From assembly GCA_963805295.1 (NCBI GenBank), contig CAWDTW010000055.1:55383-119382 (forward strand): DNA of 64,000 nucleotides, read 5' to 3'. Made by a program: the position numbers and the translations under genes. Below are positions 1-10,035 of this stretch, piece by piece. The notes under the pieces were generated by a model that saw nothing but the letters and a program-made list of their open reading frames with translations, had not been told where the DNA came from and did not search any database. How positions within the stretch are numbered: the first letter of the stretch is position 1; each line of letters begins with the position of its first letter. The DNA comes from an uncultured Alphaproteobacteria bacterium (GTDB taxonomy: Bacteria; Pseudomonadota; Alphaproteobacteria; Rhizobiales; Beijerinckiaceae).

Positions 1-58
1 GTTACAGCAAATTGCAAGGGGATTTCGTAACTGCCAACCACTCGCATCCGTGGCGACC

Positions 59-410
59 GGGCCGGCTTATCAATCATCCCGGCCCCATCCCGTCGTTGGG
101 AGCCACTTGCGGGAGGGGGCGTCATTTCCGGGCTCGAATTGAGCCTTTTCAATCGTTTGCGGCGCCATTTGCAGGCCGACCGAGCATTTCCCGCTCGGCC
201 TTCGCCCGGCGCGCCGCTTGTCACACCGCGATCGAGCGGCTGCACAGGGCAGAGGGCGGCGAGGGCCCCTCGAAAGGGTCGGACATCTGAACCTGTGTGC
301 GAGCTGACAGAGAAGGATAGCGTGGTTCCGCCAATGGGGAAGAAAATATTTCAATTCCGCAAGTCGTGGTTTGGCGGCGCGGGGACGACTAATGATCGAT
401 AAGCCGGCCC
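59..410. repeat. MITE/REP-like element bounded by 19-bp inverted repeats
   Basis: GGGCCGGCTTATCAATCAT (59-77) and ATGATCGATAAGCCGGCCC (392-410) are reverse complements at 18/19 positions; no credible ORF inside. Confidence 0.55.
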
Positions 411-641
411 CATCACCGCAAGGCGGGTGGAGCGCGCCAAAGCATACGGAGAAAAGTCATTGTGCGCCGTTCCGAACGAGAACAAATGTAGCACAAAAGC
501 CGGCCTTCGCCAACAATTTTCACGCGATTGCGAACGGGTGACAGATCCGGCGCCGAACGGGCACCGCCAGCGCCCCGGCGCAATGCGGACACCGACTGAG
601 GCGGGCGCCCGACGGCCGCTCCGGGGAAACATGGTTTCGAG

Positions 642-694
642 GAACAGGGAACTTTTTGCGAAGAACAGGGGACGTTTTGCACGATAACAGGGGG
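642..694 (+). repeat. Three phased AACAGGG direct repeats
   Basis: AACAGGG at 643, 664 and 686 (spacing 21 and 22 bp); the first two are followed by a T-tract and GC. Confidence 0.6.
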
Positions 695-982
695 CTCTCG
701 CGCCCTTCCTGCGCGCCGCGCCAAGCGATCGAATCGAACGCGGAGTCCTCCGGCTGACGCCACACCGCGGGGCGGGAACCGACACATCGGCCAACGCGCG
801 GCCACACTTCCGAAGCGTCGCTGGCGATCGCCATAAACGGCAAACGTGCAGCCGTCACCGTATTCCGGCGTCGGGCCGCGGCCGCAGCCGCTGCCGCGCT
901 TCCGTCGCCGGCATGGAAAAAGCAGGCGCGGTCAGAAAGGGGCCCGACCCGCCGGGGCGAAGGCCATTTTGAGTTGTGCGTT

Positions 983-2923
983 TCACTCCTCCGGCAGCCC
1001 CGCTTTGCGCAGGCCTTCGACCCAGAAAGCGGGAATACTCCGGGCAGTCGATTGCAGCCATTTGACGGTAAGCTTGGGGTTGAGGCGGCGCGCTTCCGCC
1101 ACGGCGGACTTCGCCTCTTCCGATCTTGCCGTCGAGCGCAAGCGCGGCGGCAAGACCCGCGTAGGCTATGAAACTGCGATAGCCTCCGTCGATCGCCTTT
1201 CGGCATGCGTCGATCGCGGCGTCGTAATTCCCGAGGCCAAGTTCGGCACTGCTCAGTATCTACCAGCCAGTAACCGATTCCCGGATCGCGCGGACTCAAC
1301 CGCATCGCGTATTGCAATTCGGATTTGGCTTCCTCGAAGCGACCGATCGCGTTATCCGCCAAGCCTCGAAGCACGTAAAACCGGGCGAAATTTGGATTGA
1401 CCGCGAGACCGGCTTCTGCGTCGCGGCGCGCCTCATCCGGGCGGTTGAGATTCATCAGATAGAGGCCTTTGGCCCAATAGGCCAACATGCTGCCGGGATC
1501 GAGCGCGATGGCCCGGTCGGCCTGAGCAATTATTTTGGCGTCGTAATCGGTCCCGGCCGTCCGCCAACCGTAACCGTACTCCAGCATATAGGTCTCAACT
1601 TCGCCCGCCAGCGCGTCGGCGTCGTTCGGATCGAGCTTGAGCGCCTGGTCGAACAACGCTCGCGCAGCAGTGGTATTGTCTTTCGTGGGCGATAGCGCAT
1701 CCTGCGTCAGCAAGTACAATCCGCGCATGACGAGATCGACGCCGTCGGGGTTTTTGGAACGGGCGCTCCTTTTTGCCTCGGCCTTCATGAGTTCCCATCC
1801 CAGCGAATTGGCCAGCCTCGCCACCACCTGATCTTGCAGCTTGAACAGGTCGGCGATCTCTTCCTCGAAGCGGTCGGCCCAAAGATGCGCGCCGCTGTCC
1901 GCGTCGATGAGCTGGGCGTTGACGCGCACCCGGCTCTGCTCGCGCTGGACCGAGCCTTCGAGCACGTAGCGCACGCCGAGCTCCTTGCCGATTTCTCTGG
2001 CGTCGACGCCCTTGCCCTTGAAGGCGAGGGCGGTTTCATGCGCGATCACGAAAGCTGTTGCGAATGCGCGACAGATCGGTGGTGAGGTTTTCGGTGATGC
2101 CGTCGACGAAATAATCCTGGCCTGCATCGCCGGAGAGGTTTTCGAAGGGCAGCACGACAATGGAAAGATGCGCGGGCTTCGGCCGGGGCCGCGGCGTTCG
2201 ATGGCGCGGCGGCTGGCGTGCTTGTCGCGACGGCTGTCGGCCGGTTCTCGCGGAGCAAATACCAGGCTCCGGCCGCGGCCACGATAAGCAGCACCGCGAC
2301 CCCCGCGGCGAGCGGCGCCAACGCCGGGCGCTTTTTGGGCGCGGCGAGCTTCGCTTGCGCCGCTGGCTCAACTGGCGTCGCGGGCTTCGCCTCGGGACGC
2401 TGCCGACTTCAAGCGAATAGACCCGGATCGGCTCGGCGATGTTCTTGAGCTGGGTCGGGCCGAGATCGCTGACCTTGAGATCGAGCCGCTGCTTGACCTG
2501 GCGATAGGCGTCTTCCGACAGACAGATCGCGCCGGGCTTGGCGATGCTCTCCAGCCGCGCGGCGATATTGACGCCGTCGCCCATGAGGTCGCCGTCGCTC
2601 TCCTCGACGACGTCGCCGAGATGGATGCCGACGCGGAACTCGATGCGGCGGTCCTCCGGCACGCCGGCGTTGCGCTCGATGAGGCCGGTCTGCACCTCGA
2701 TCGCGCAGCGCACCGCGTCGACCACGCTGCGGAACTCGATGATCGAGCCGTCGCCGGTGCGCTTGACGATGCGGCCATGATGGGCGGCGATGGCAGGGTC
2801 GATCAGATCGCTGCGGAGGCCCCGAAGACGCGCAAGCGTCCTGTCCTCGTCGGCGCCGGCAAGCCGGCTGTAACCGACGATGTCCGCGACCAGGATCGCG
2901 GCGAGTTTCCGGGTCTCGCTCAT
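983..2923 (-). pseudogene. Class III adenylate/guanylate cyclase + TM + TolB-like + TPR protein, multiply frameshifted
   Basis: N-terminus MSETRKLAAILVADIVGYSRL...GDGVNIAARLE; the TM segment, SIVVLPFENLSGD, TPRs and C-terminal EGLRKAGLPEE* are spread over ORFs 2036-2923, 2046-2321, 520-2160 and further frames (at least 4 shifts). Confidence 0.85.
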
Positions 2924-2950
2924 TTTGGCCCTCGATCCGCCGTGCGAGAC

Positions 2951-4191
2951 TAGTCGCCAGCGTCCTTGAATTTGTGGTGTTTTTCTGAATCTCTGTCGCG
3001 GCGATGCGGCGATGGAGGTGATTCGTGGCGGGCAGGGAGATTTCGGTCAAGAAATATGTGGTGAAGTTGAGCGGCGAGGAGCGCGAACGGCTGGAGGCAA
3101 TGATCTGCGCGGGCAAGCATCCGGCGCAGTCGCTGACGAAGGCGCGCATCCTGTTGAAGGCGGACGTGTCGGAGGCGGGCGAAGGTTGGAGCGACAGCGC
3201 GATTTCGGCGGCGTTGGACACCAGCATCAACAATATCGGCCGCACCCGGCGTCGACTGGTCGAAGAAGGGATGGCGGCGGCGCTGACCCGCAAATACAAT
3301 CCGAACTCCGCCCGGCCGCGGATTTTCGACGGGGCGGCGGAGGCGAAATTGATCGCCCTGACCTGCTCGCCGGCGCCCGAGGGGTTCGCGCGTTGGAGTT
3401 TGCGCCTGCTCGAGGAGAAGGTCGTCGAATTGAACATCGTCGAGAAGGCCAGCGACAACACGATCGGAAGGACTTTAAAAAAAACGTCCTCAAGCCCCAC
3501 CGCAATCGGCAATGGGTGATCCCGCCGGACGCCAACGCCGGCTTCGCCGCCGCCATGGAAGACGTGCTGGATACTTACCAGAAGCCGCGCGATCCCGATC
3601 GCCCCCTCGTCTGTCTGGATGAAACCTCCAAGCAGTTGATCGTCGAGACGCGCGCTCCGATTCCGGCCAGACCCGGACGAGCCGTCCGGCACGATTACGA
3701 ATACGAGCGAAACGGCGTAGCCAATATATTCATGATTTTCGCGCCGCTGGAGGGCTGGCGCCGCGTCAAGGTCACCGACCGCCACGCCGCCGCCGATTAC
3801 GCGCAGGTGCTCAAGGAACTGTCCGGCGTGCATTTTCCCGACGCCGAACAAATCAGGCTGGTCCAAGACAATCTGAGCACGCACACGCCCGCCTCGCTCT
3901 ACGCGGCCTTTCCCGCGCCAGAAGCGCGCCGCCTCGCCAAACGGTTCGAATGGCACTACACCCCCAAACACGGAAGCTGGCTCGACATGGCCGAATCCGA
4001 ACTCGGCGTCCTGTCGAGCCAATGTCTGAGCCGCCGCATTCCAGACAAGCCGACCCTCGAAAAAGAAGTCGCCGCCTGGGAGGACCACCGCAACAAGCAT
4101 CACGCAAAAGCCAACTGGCAATTCACCACAGACGACGCCCGCGTGAAGCTCAAGAGGCTCTACCCCTCATTTTGAATGACTCGGGCGACTA
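2951..4191 (+). mobile_element. IS630-family insertion sequence
   Basis: Left end TAGTCGCCAGCGTCCTTGAA versus reverse complement of right end TAGTCGCCCGAGTCATTCAA (16/20); CTAG at both junctions, consistent with TA duplication; encloses a transposase. Confidence 0.92.
3025..4175 (+). CDS. IS630-family transposase (orfA HTH + orfB DDE joined by -1 frameshift)
   Basis: orfA 3025-3519 is HTH-like; orfB has LVCLDETSKQL, LVQDNLSTH, YTPKHGSWLDMAE; slippery TTTAAAAAAAAC at about 3474-3485, with orfB in the -1 frame. Confidence 0.92.
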
Positions 4192-4253
4192 GGGTAGAGA
4201 AACCATCAACCTGTCCATCGTAGCCTGTACCGCCTCCTGCTACGTGGCGAAGG

Positions 4254-6125
4254 CTATGTCTCCGGCATGCCAGCCGAACGCAGTCCCGCAAGGACGTGAT
4301 CGACCTGTTTCCGATAGATCTCGTTGGAGCTGAACCGGTTCATCGCCGCGAGCCTTTTCGCGACAGTCTGGCCGGGAGACAGGCGCTCCACGATTTCGAT
4401 CTCCTTATGCGCCGCATCCGTCCGCCCGGTCAGGGCGTAGGCCGCCGCCAGATAGGCGTGATAGGTCCAGACCTTGTCGTTCATGGCGACGGCCCTTTCC
4501 AATAGGGGGACCGCCTCGTGGTCCCTGCCGAGAAACAAATAAGTCACGCCGAGATCGCGATAGACAAAGTCCACGAAGGGATCGCGCGGGCTCAAGCGGA
4601 TGGCCTTTTCGTCAAGCGCAATCGCCTCCTCGGTGCGGCCCTGGCCCCTCCATATGCCGCTCAGGACCGTGTAGGCATTGGGATAGTTGGGATCGATGGC
4701 GATGGTCTTCTCGGCATAGGAGGCGCCCTTTTCGAGGTCGCCTTTCGTCGTATAGAGAGAGGCCGCCATGAAATTCGCCATGAGGTCGTCGGGCTCCTTC
4801 TCCAAGGCCCGGAGCACCTGATGTTCTGCCTGGTCGAGCGGAGTGCTCGAGCCAAAGAACGCGACGTCCTGAATGTCCGTGCGGAAGACGAGCGCGGGCG
4901 CATAGTCGGGGCTGGCGGCCAGCGCCTGATCGAACAGCTTGCGGGCTTCGGCCACGCCCTGCGGGGACAGTCCACGCATCACGACTCCCCGTCCCTGGAA
5001 GGTGAGCGCGACCGCGTCGCGATTGTCGGGCTGCCGCTCACTGCGGCGGCCCTCTTCGGTCAGAAGCTTGAGATCGAGCGCGCGTGCGATCCGGTTCTTC
5101 ACGTCGTCGTGCAGATCGGCGAGTTTCGTGACGTCGCCGTTGAACTGGTCGGCCCACATCTGCCCGCCGGTCGCGGCGTCGATCAACTGCGCGTCGACCC
5201 TCACGTCGTCGCCCAGGGTCTGGACGGTTCCTTCGAGCGCATGGCGGACGCCCAATTCACGGCCGATCTGCCGCACGTCGATCGGCTTTCCCTTGTAGGT
5301 CCGGGCCGTACTGCTCGCGATCACGAACGATCCCGAGATATGTCCGAGCACGTTGGTCAGGTCCTCAGTGAGGCCGTCGGCGAAAGCCTCCTGCTGGGGG
5401 TCATGGGCGACGCTCTGGAACGGCAGAACCACCACCGAGGGAGGCGGCGCCGGCTGACTTGTCGCGGCGACCGGGGGCGTTCGTCCGGCGAGGACGAGCC
5501 AGCCCGCGCCCGCCGCAAGCGCCAAGAGGGCGGTCAGCACGGCGGCGACGGTCGCGAGCCACGCGCGCGACGCTCGTTTGACCACCGTCCGTTGGCTCGG
5601 CGGGCCGACCTCGATCGAATAGGCCCGCACCGGCTCGGCGATGTTCTTGAGCTGCCTTGAGCCGAGATCGGTGACCTTGAGATCGAGCCGCGACTTCACC
5701 TGCCGGTACGCGTCCTCGGAAAGGCAGATCGCGCCGGGCTTGGCGACGCCTTCAAGCCGCGCGGCGATATTGACGCCGTCGCCCATCAGGTCGCCGTCGC
5801 TTTCCTCGACCACGTCGCCGAGATGAATGCCGATGCGGAACTCGATGCGCCGGTCCTCCGACACGCCGGCGTTGCGCTCGACCATCGCGTTCTGCACCTC
5901 GATGGCGAAGCGCACCGCGTCGACCACGCTGCGGAACTCGACCAAAGCGCCGTCGCCGGTGCGCTTGACCACGCGGCCGTTATGCACCGCAATCGTCGGG
6001 TCGATCAGATCGCTGCGCAGCGCACGAAGTCTCGCCAGAATGCGATCCTCGTCGATGCCGGCGAGTCGACTGTAGCCGACCACGTCCGCACATAGGATCG
6101 CCGCGAGCTTTCGGGTCTCGCTCAT
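4254..6125 (-). CDS. Class III adenylate/guanylate cyclase + TM + TolB-like + TPR protein (623 aa)
   Basis: LAAILCADVVGYSRL, KRTGDG, GDGVNIAARLE, hydrophobic TM, SVVVLPFQS, TPR-like helices; intact ORF. Confidence 0.93.
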   Translation of the reverse strand: MSETRKLAAILCADVVGYSRLAGIDEDRILARLRALRSDLIDPTIAVHNGRVVKRTGDGALVEFRSVVDAVRFAIEVQNAMVERNAGVSEDRRIEFRIGIHLGDVVEESDGDLMGDGVNIAARLEGVAKPGAICLSEDAYRQVKSRLDLKVTDLGSRQLKNIAEPVRAYSIEVGPPSQRTVVKRASRAWLATVAAVLTALLALAAGAGWLVLAGRTPPVAATSQPAPPPSVVVLPFQSVAHDPQQEAFADGLTEDLTNVLGHISGSFVIASSTARTYKGKPIDVRQIGRELGVRHALEGTVQTLGDDVRVDAQLIDAATGGQMWADQFNGDVTKLADLHDDVKNRIARALDLKLLTEEGRRSERQPDNRDAVALTFQGRGVVMRGLSPQGVAEARKLFDQALAASPDYAPALVFRTDIQDVAFFGSSTPLDQAEHQVLRALEKEPDDLMANFMAASLYTTKGDLEKGASYAEKTIAIDPNYPNAYTVLSGIWRGQGRTEEAIALDEKAIRLSPRDPFVDFVYRDLGVTYLFLGRDHEAVPLLERAVAMNDKVWTYHAYLAAAYALTGRTDAAHKEIEIVERLSPGQTVAKRLAAMNRFSSNEIYRKQVDHVLAGLRSAGMPET

Positions 6126-6440
6126 GGCGCAACCCCCTTGTCACCCAGCCCACCGGCGTCATTTTAGCAAATCCGCCGAAGGAAGGCAGCCCCGACGGAT
6201 CGGCCGGACGGCCGCTTCGGGACGAGGTTATGTGGAACTCCGGCCCGGCAGTTCATTTCGTTGCGCAGGCGCCGGAATTTCGCGTTTTATCTAAGGTCTG
6301 CACGGCCGTAGGTCTCGAAAAGCGAGTGCGGCAAGGCGAACTTCACCGGGGTCTGGCGCGGCGAGCTGTTCCTTGTCCTCCGGCCGACAATGCTCAACGA
6401 ATTCGCGGGCAGCGCAGGGGCGAGGCTCCTGCTCGAGGGA

Positions 6441-7034
6441 TCAGGCCGCCCCCGCGGCCCTTTCCTCGCGCGGCCCTGCCAGCGCCGCGAGTCGATGCGC
6501 CAGCCCGTCGTCGAGCGGTTCGCCGAGAAAGAGCCTTCGCCAGATCGCGCCGTCGATCGCCTCGGCGAGCGCGTCGCGCAATTCGGCGTCCGCCGATTGG
6601 GCGGCGAGGATTTGCCGCAAGGCGTTCTGGCGCGGCTTCAGCAGGGCGGTCCGGAACGCCTCGGCGGTATTCGGATCGGCCTGCGCGTCGACCAACAGCC
6701 CCCGCAACGACGCCCCGATCGGCTTCAGCGCCGCGAACTCCGCTTTCAGAAACGCGGCTAGATCGCCGGCGCGGATCGCCGCCTCTCGCGGCCGGTCGAT
6801 GCGCTGAGAAGCCTTCGCGGCCAGCGCCTCGATGATGAGCGCGGCCTTGTTAGGCCAGCGCCGATAGAGCGTCTGCTTGCCGGCGCCTGCGGCCCTGGCG
6901 ATCGCGCAGACCGTCAGCGCGTCATAGCCCTCATCGAGCAGGCGCCAGTAGGCCGCGTCGAGAAGCGCCGCCCCGCTCTCCTCGCTGCGGGGCCGTCCCG
7001 CCGCGCGCCTTCCCGATCGCCATAAGCCGAGCAT
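6441..7034 (-). CDS. TetR/AcrR-family transcriptional regulator
   Basis: GRPRS...GYDALTVCAIARAAGAGKQTLYRRWPNK TetR HTH. Confidence 0.9.
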   Translation of the reverse strand: MLGLWRSGRRAAGRPRSEESGAALLDAAYWRLLDEGYDALTVCAIARAAGAGKQTLYRRWPNKAALIIEALAAKASQRIDRPREAAIRAGDLAAFLKAEFAALKPIGASLRGLLVDAQADPNTAEAFRTALLKPRQNALRQILAAQSADAELRDALAEAIDGAIWRRLFLGEPLDDGLAHRLAALAGPREERAAGAA

Positions 7035-7040
7035 AACAGA

Positions 7041-7065
7041 GAAGCGAGACGACGCGTCTCGCTTC
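7041..7065. promoter_or_regulatory. Candidate TetR autoregulatory operator
   Basis: Perfect 11-bp inverted repeat GAAGCGAGACG-ACG-CGTCTCGCTTC just upstream of the tetR start. Confidence 0.6.
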
Positions 7066-7308
7066 GTTTCGAGACCTTGAGTTCCGTATTGAACCGGTGC
7101 CCGGAATTACGGATTACTTCGTTCCGCATCATTTGTGGTCGACCCGTTCCGTAATCGCAAAACCCGCGGAAAACGGCGACCGCCGCCCGGGAGAACCGGC
7201 CGGGAGCACGGAATTCTCGCGCAAATCGCGACCGCGCGGCTCAAAACCTCGCGACGGCGTTTATCATTGGTTTAACCCGGTCCGAATGCCTCCGCAGGCG
7301 CGGGATCC

Positions 7309-8691
7309 TCAGCGGCTCTCGGACCGGTCCCCGCACGACCGTCCCGGCGCGAAGCGCCGCTTGACGCGCTCGACCTGGTCGGGCGCGACCCGGACGGTGA
7401 GGTGGAGGCCGTCGTCGCGGTCGTCGCGGCTCATCACCTCGGCGTGCTCGTAGAGCCAGTGCAGCCCCTGCCCGTCGGCGGCGTCGAGCGTGAGCTCGAC
7501 CAGCGATCGCCCGCGCGCGAGCCGCTCCTCGATCGCGACGAGGAGATGATCGATCCCCTCCCCGGTCAGGGCGGAGACGGCGAGCGGCGGCGACTCCGGC
7601 GCCTCCTGGTCCAGCGCCAGCGCGGCGCGTTCGTCGGCGCCGAGCCGGTCGAGCTTGTTCCAGACTTCGACAACGCGATCGGCGCGATCGGCGATGTCGA
7701 GCTCGGCGAGGACCACATCCACGTCCTGGCTCTGCGCCTCGCTGTCGGCATGCGATATGTCGCGCACGTGCACGACCACGTCCGCGGCCCGCACCTCTTC
7801 GAGGGTCGCGCGGAAGGCGGAGATCAGCATGGTCGGCAGATCGGAAATGAAGCCGACGGTGTCGGAGAGGATCGCGGACCCCCCATGGGGCAGCCTGATG
7901 AGCCGCATGGTCGGATCGAGCGTGGCGAACAGCATGTCCGCGGCCACGACGTCGGCCCGGGTCAGGCGGTTGAACAGGGTCGACTTGCCGGCGTTGGTGT
8001 ATCCGACCAGCGCGACGGTCGGGTACGGAACGTCGCTGCGGCTCGCCCGATGAAGCGCCCGGGTGCGCTTGACGCCTTCAAGCTCGCGCTCAATGCGGAC
8101 CATGCGCTCCTGAATGAGGCGGCGGTCCGTCTCGATCTGGGTTTCGCCGGGGCCGCCGAGGAAGCCGAAGCCGCCGCGCTGACGCTCGAGGTGGGTCCAC
8201 GATCGAACGAGTTGCGAACGCTGGTAGGCGAGATGCGCCAGCTCCACCTGCAGCGCGCCCTCGGCGGTGCGGGCCCGCCGGCCGAAAATCTCGAGGATGA
8301 GCCCGGTTCGGTCGATCACTTTGGCGCCGAAGGCCTTCTCGAGATTGCGCTGCTGCACAGGCGACAGGGCGCAATCCATCACGACGAGGTCGATGGCATC
8401 GGCCTTCGCCTCAGTGGCGATCGCCTCGACCTTCCCCTTGCCGAGATAGGTCGCGGGCCGGATCGCGCCGAGCGACACGGTTTCGGCGCCCACGACGTCG
8501 AGGTCGATCGCGCGCGCGAGCCCGACCGCCTCCTCGCGCCGCGCCTCCGGGCTGCGCAAGGCGCCGCGTTCGCCCGGGTGGCCCCGGGTCAGATGGGGGC
8601 AAACGACCCGGGTGCGCGTAGCGGAGGCGACGACGCGTTCCCTGTTGTCGATTGCGCCGCGCGAATCCGCGGCGGCCTCGTCAGTGGGCGT
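7309..8691 (-). CDS. hflX: GTPase HflX
   Basis: [61 protein letters not shown]; directly downstream of hfq. Start uncertain (see findings). Confidence 0.95.
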   Translation of the reverse strand, partial: TPTDEAAADSRGAIDNRERVVASATRTRVVCPHLTRGHPGERGALRSPEARREEAVGLARAIDLDVVGAETVSLGAIRPATYLGKGKVEAIATEAKADAIDLVVMDCALSPVQQRNLEKAFGAKVIDRTGLILEIFGRRARTAEGALQVELAHLAYQRSQLVRSWTHLERQRGGFGFLGGPGETQIETDRRLIQERMVRIERELEGVKRTRALHRASRSDVPYPTVALVGYTNAGKSTLFNRLTRADVVAADMLFATLDPTMRLIRLPHGGSAILSDTVGFISDLPTMLISAFRATLEEVRAADVVVHVRDISHADSEAQSQDVDVVLAELDIADRADRVVEVWNKLDRLGADERAALALDQEAPESPPLAVSALTGEGIDHLLVAIEERLARGRSLVELTLDAADGQGLHWLYEHAEVMSRDDRDDGLHLTVRVAPDQVERVKRRFAPGRSCGDRSESR

Positions 8692-8935
8692 CGGACGCCT
8701 CCTCCACGGCCTCGAACATGGTGATCGGGCTCGCGGGCATAATGGTCGAGATGGCGTGCTTGTAGACGAGCTGCGAATGCCCGTCACGCCTCAGCAACAC
8801 GCAGAAGTTGTCGAACCAGGTGACGAAACCCTGCAACTTCACCCCGTTGACCAGAAAAATGGTGACCGACGTCTTCGATTTGCGAACATGGTTCAGAAAC
8901 GTGTCCTGGAGGTTTTGCGCCTTCTCGCTTGCCAT
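8681..8935 (-). CDS. hfq: RNA chaperone Hfq
   Basis: [47 protein letters not shown]. Confidence 0.98.
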   Translation of the reverse strand: MASEKAQNLQDTFLNHVRKSKTSVTIFLVNGVKLQGFVTWFDNFCVLLRRDGHSQLVYKHAISTIMPASPITMFEAVEEASDAH

Positions 8936-9078
8936 GAGTTTTTTCCGTTTGTTGGGCCCTCGCCGGCCGTTGTTATTGAATTCTCATGCGCGCCTTTTGT
9001 GACACGCCACGCTGGGTCCTATACCACACTATATCACGATCGGACAGATAAACCGTATTACCAATGTTAAAGTGGTTT

Positions 9079-9937
9079 TCATGACGTCTCCGCAATCTCG
9101 CGGAACGCGCGTCGAAGGCTCGGAACGACCGGCCCCGGCCGCCCCCCGCCAATCGCTTGCCCGTCGATCGAGACGACGGGCGTGGCGATCGTCGTGGCGC
9201 TGGAAACGAAAGCCTCGCGAGCGCCTTGCGCCTCATGCGGCGTGAACGGCCGTTCCTCGAGACGAAGCCCAAGCGCGCCCGCGACGTCGATGAGCGCGGC
9301 GCGGGTCACGCCGCGGAGGATCGCCTCGTCCGCCTGCCGGGTGACGAGCGCGCCCTCGGGCGTGACGATCCAGGCGTTGGTCGAGGCGCCTTCGGTCACG
9401 AACCCCGCCCGATCGACGAACCAGGCCTCGAACGCGCCGGACTCGCGCGCGGCCTGCTTCGCCAGCACGTTCGGGAGCAGCTGCAACGTCTTGATGTCCG
9501 GGCGTCCCCAGCGCTGGTCCGGCAGCGTGATCACGGCGACGCCGGTCGCCGCTCTTGCGGCGCCGACCGCTGGGTCGAGCGATCGGGCGACGACGACGAG
9601 GCCCGGTCTGACGCCGCTTGCCGGGAACCCATGATCGCGCCGGGCCGCGCCGCGGCTCACCTGCAGATAGACGAGGCCGTCGCGCACGCGGTTGCGCCGC
9701 ACGGTTTCGCCGCATGACGAACCGCACCGCTTCCTCGCCCATCGGCCATGAAATGCGCAGCGCCGCCAGCGAGCGCGCGAGGCGGGCGAGATGGCGCGTC
9801 TCCTCGATCAGCGCCCCGCCGCTGACCTCGCAGACTTCGTAGACGCCGTCGCCGAAGGTGAACGCCCGATCGTCGATCGACACCGAGGCCTTGGCGCACC
9901 CGACATATCGGCCGTTGACATATGCGATGCGCGACAC
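9079..9937 (-). CDS. dat: D-amino-acid transaminase (class IV aminotransferase); one frameshift near 9705
   Basis: SRIAYVNGRYV..DRAFTFGDGVYEV in one frame; DIKTLQLLPNVLAKQ, VTEGASTNAWIV, ILRGVTR in the next; usual position between ntrX and hfq. Confidence 0.88.
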
Positions 9938-10035
9938 GCGCCCTCCCCCAAAAGCCTCGCGCCCATGCTCGAAATCGGCCGCGCGCCGCTGCGCTGACGC
10001 CGCCCCCGCGCCCGCCGGCGTGCGGAGCCGCCCGT

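Noticed and set aside
7261-7277. TTAT-N7-TTAAC CtrA-like site
   Set aside because: One mismatch and no clearly associated gene start.
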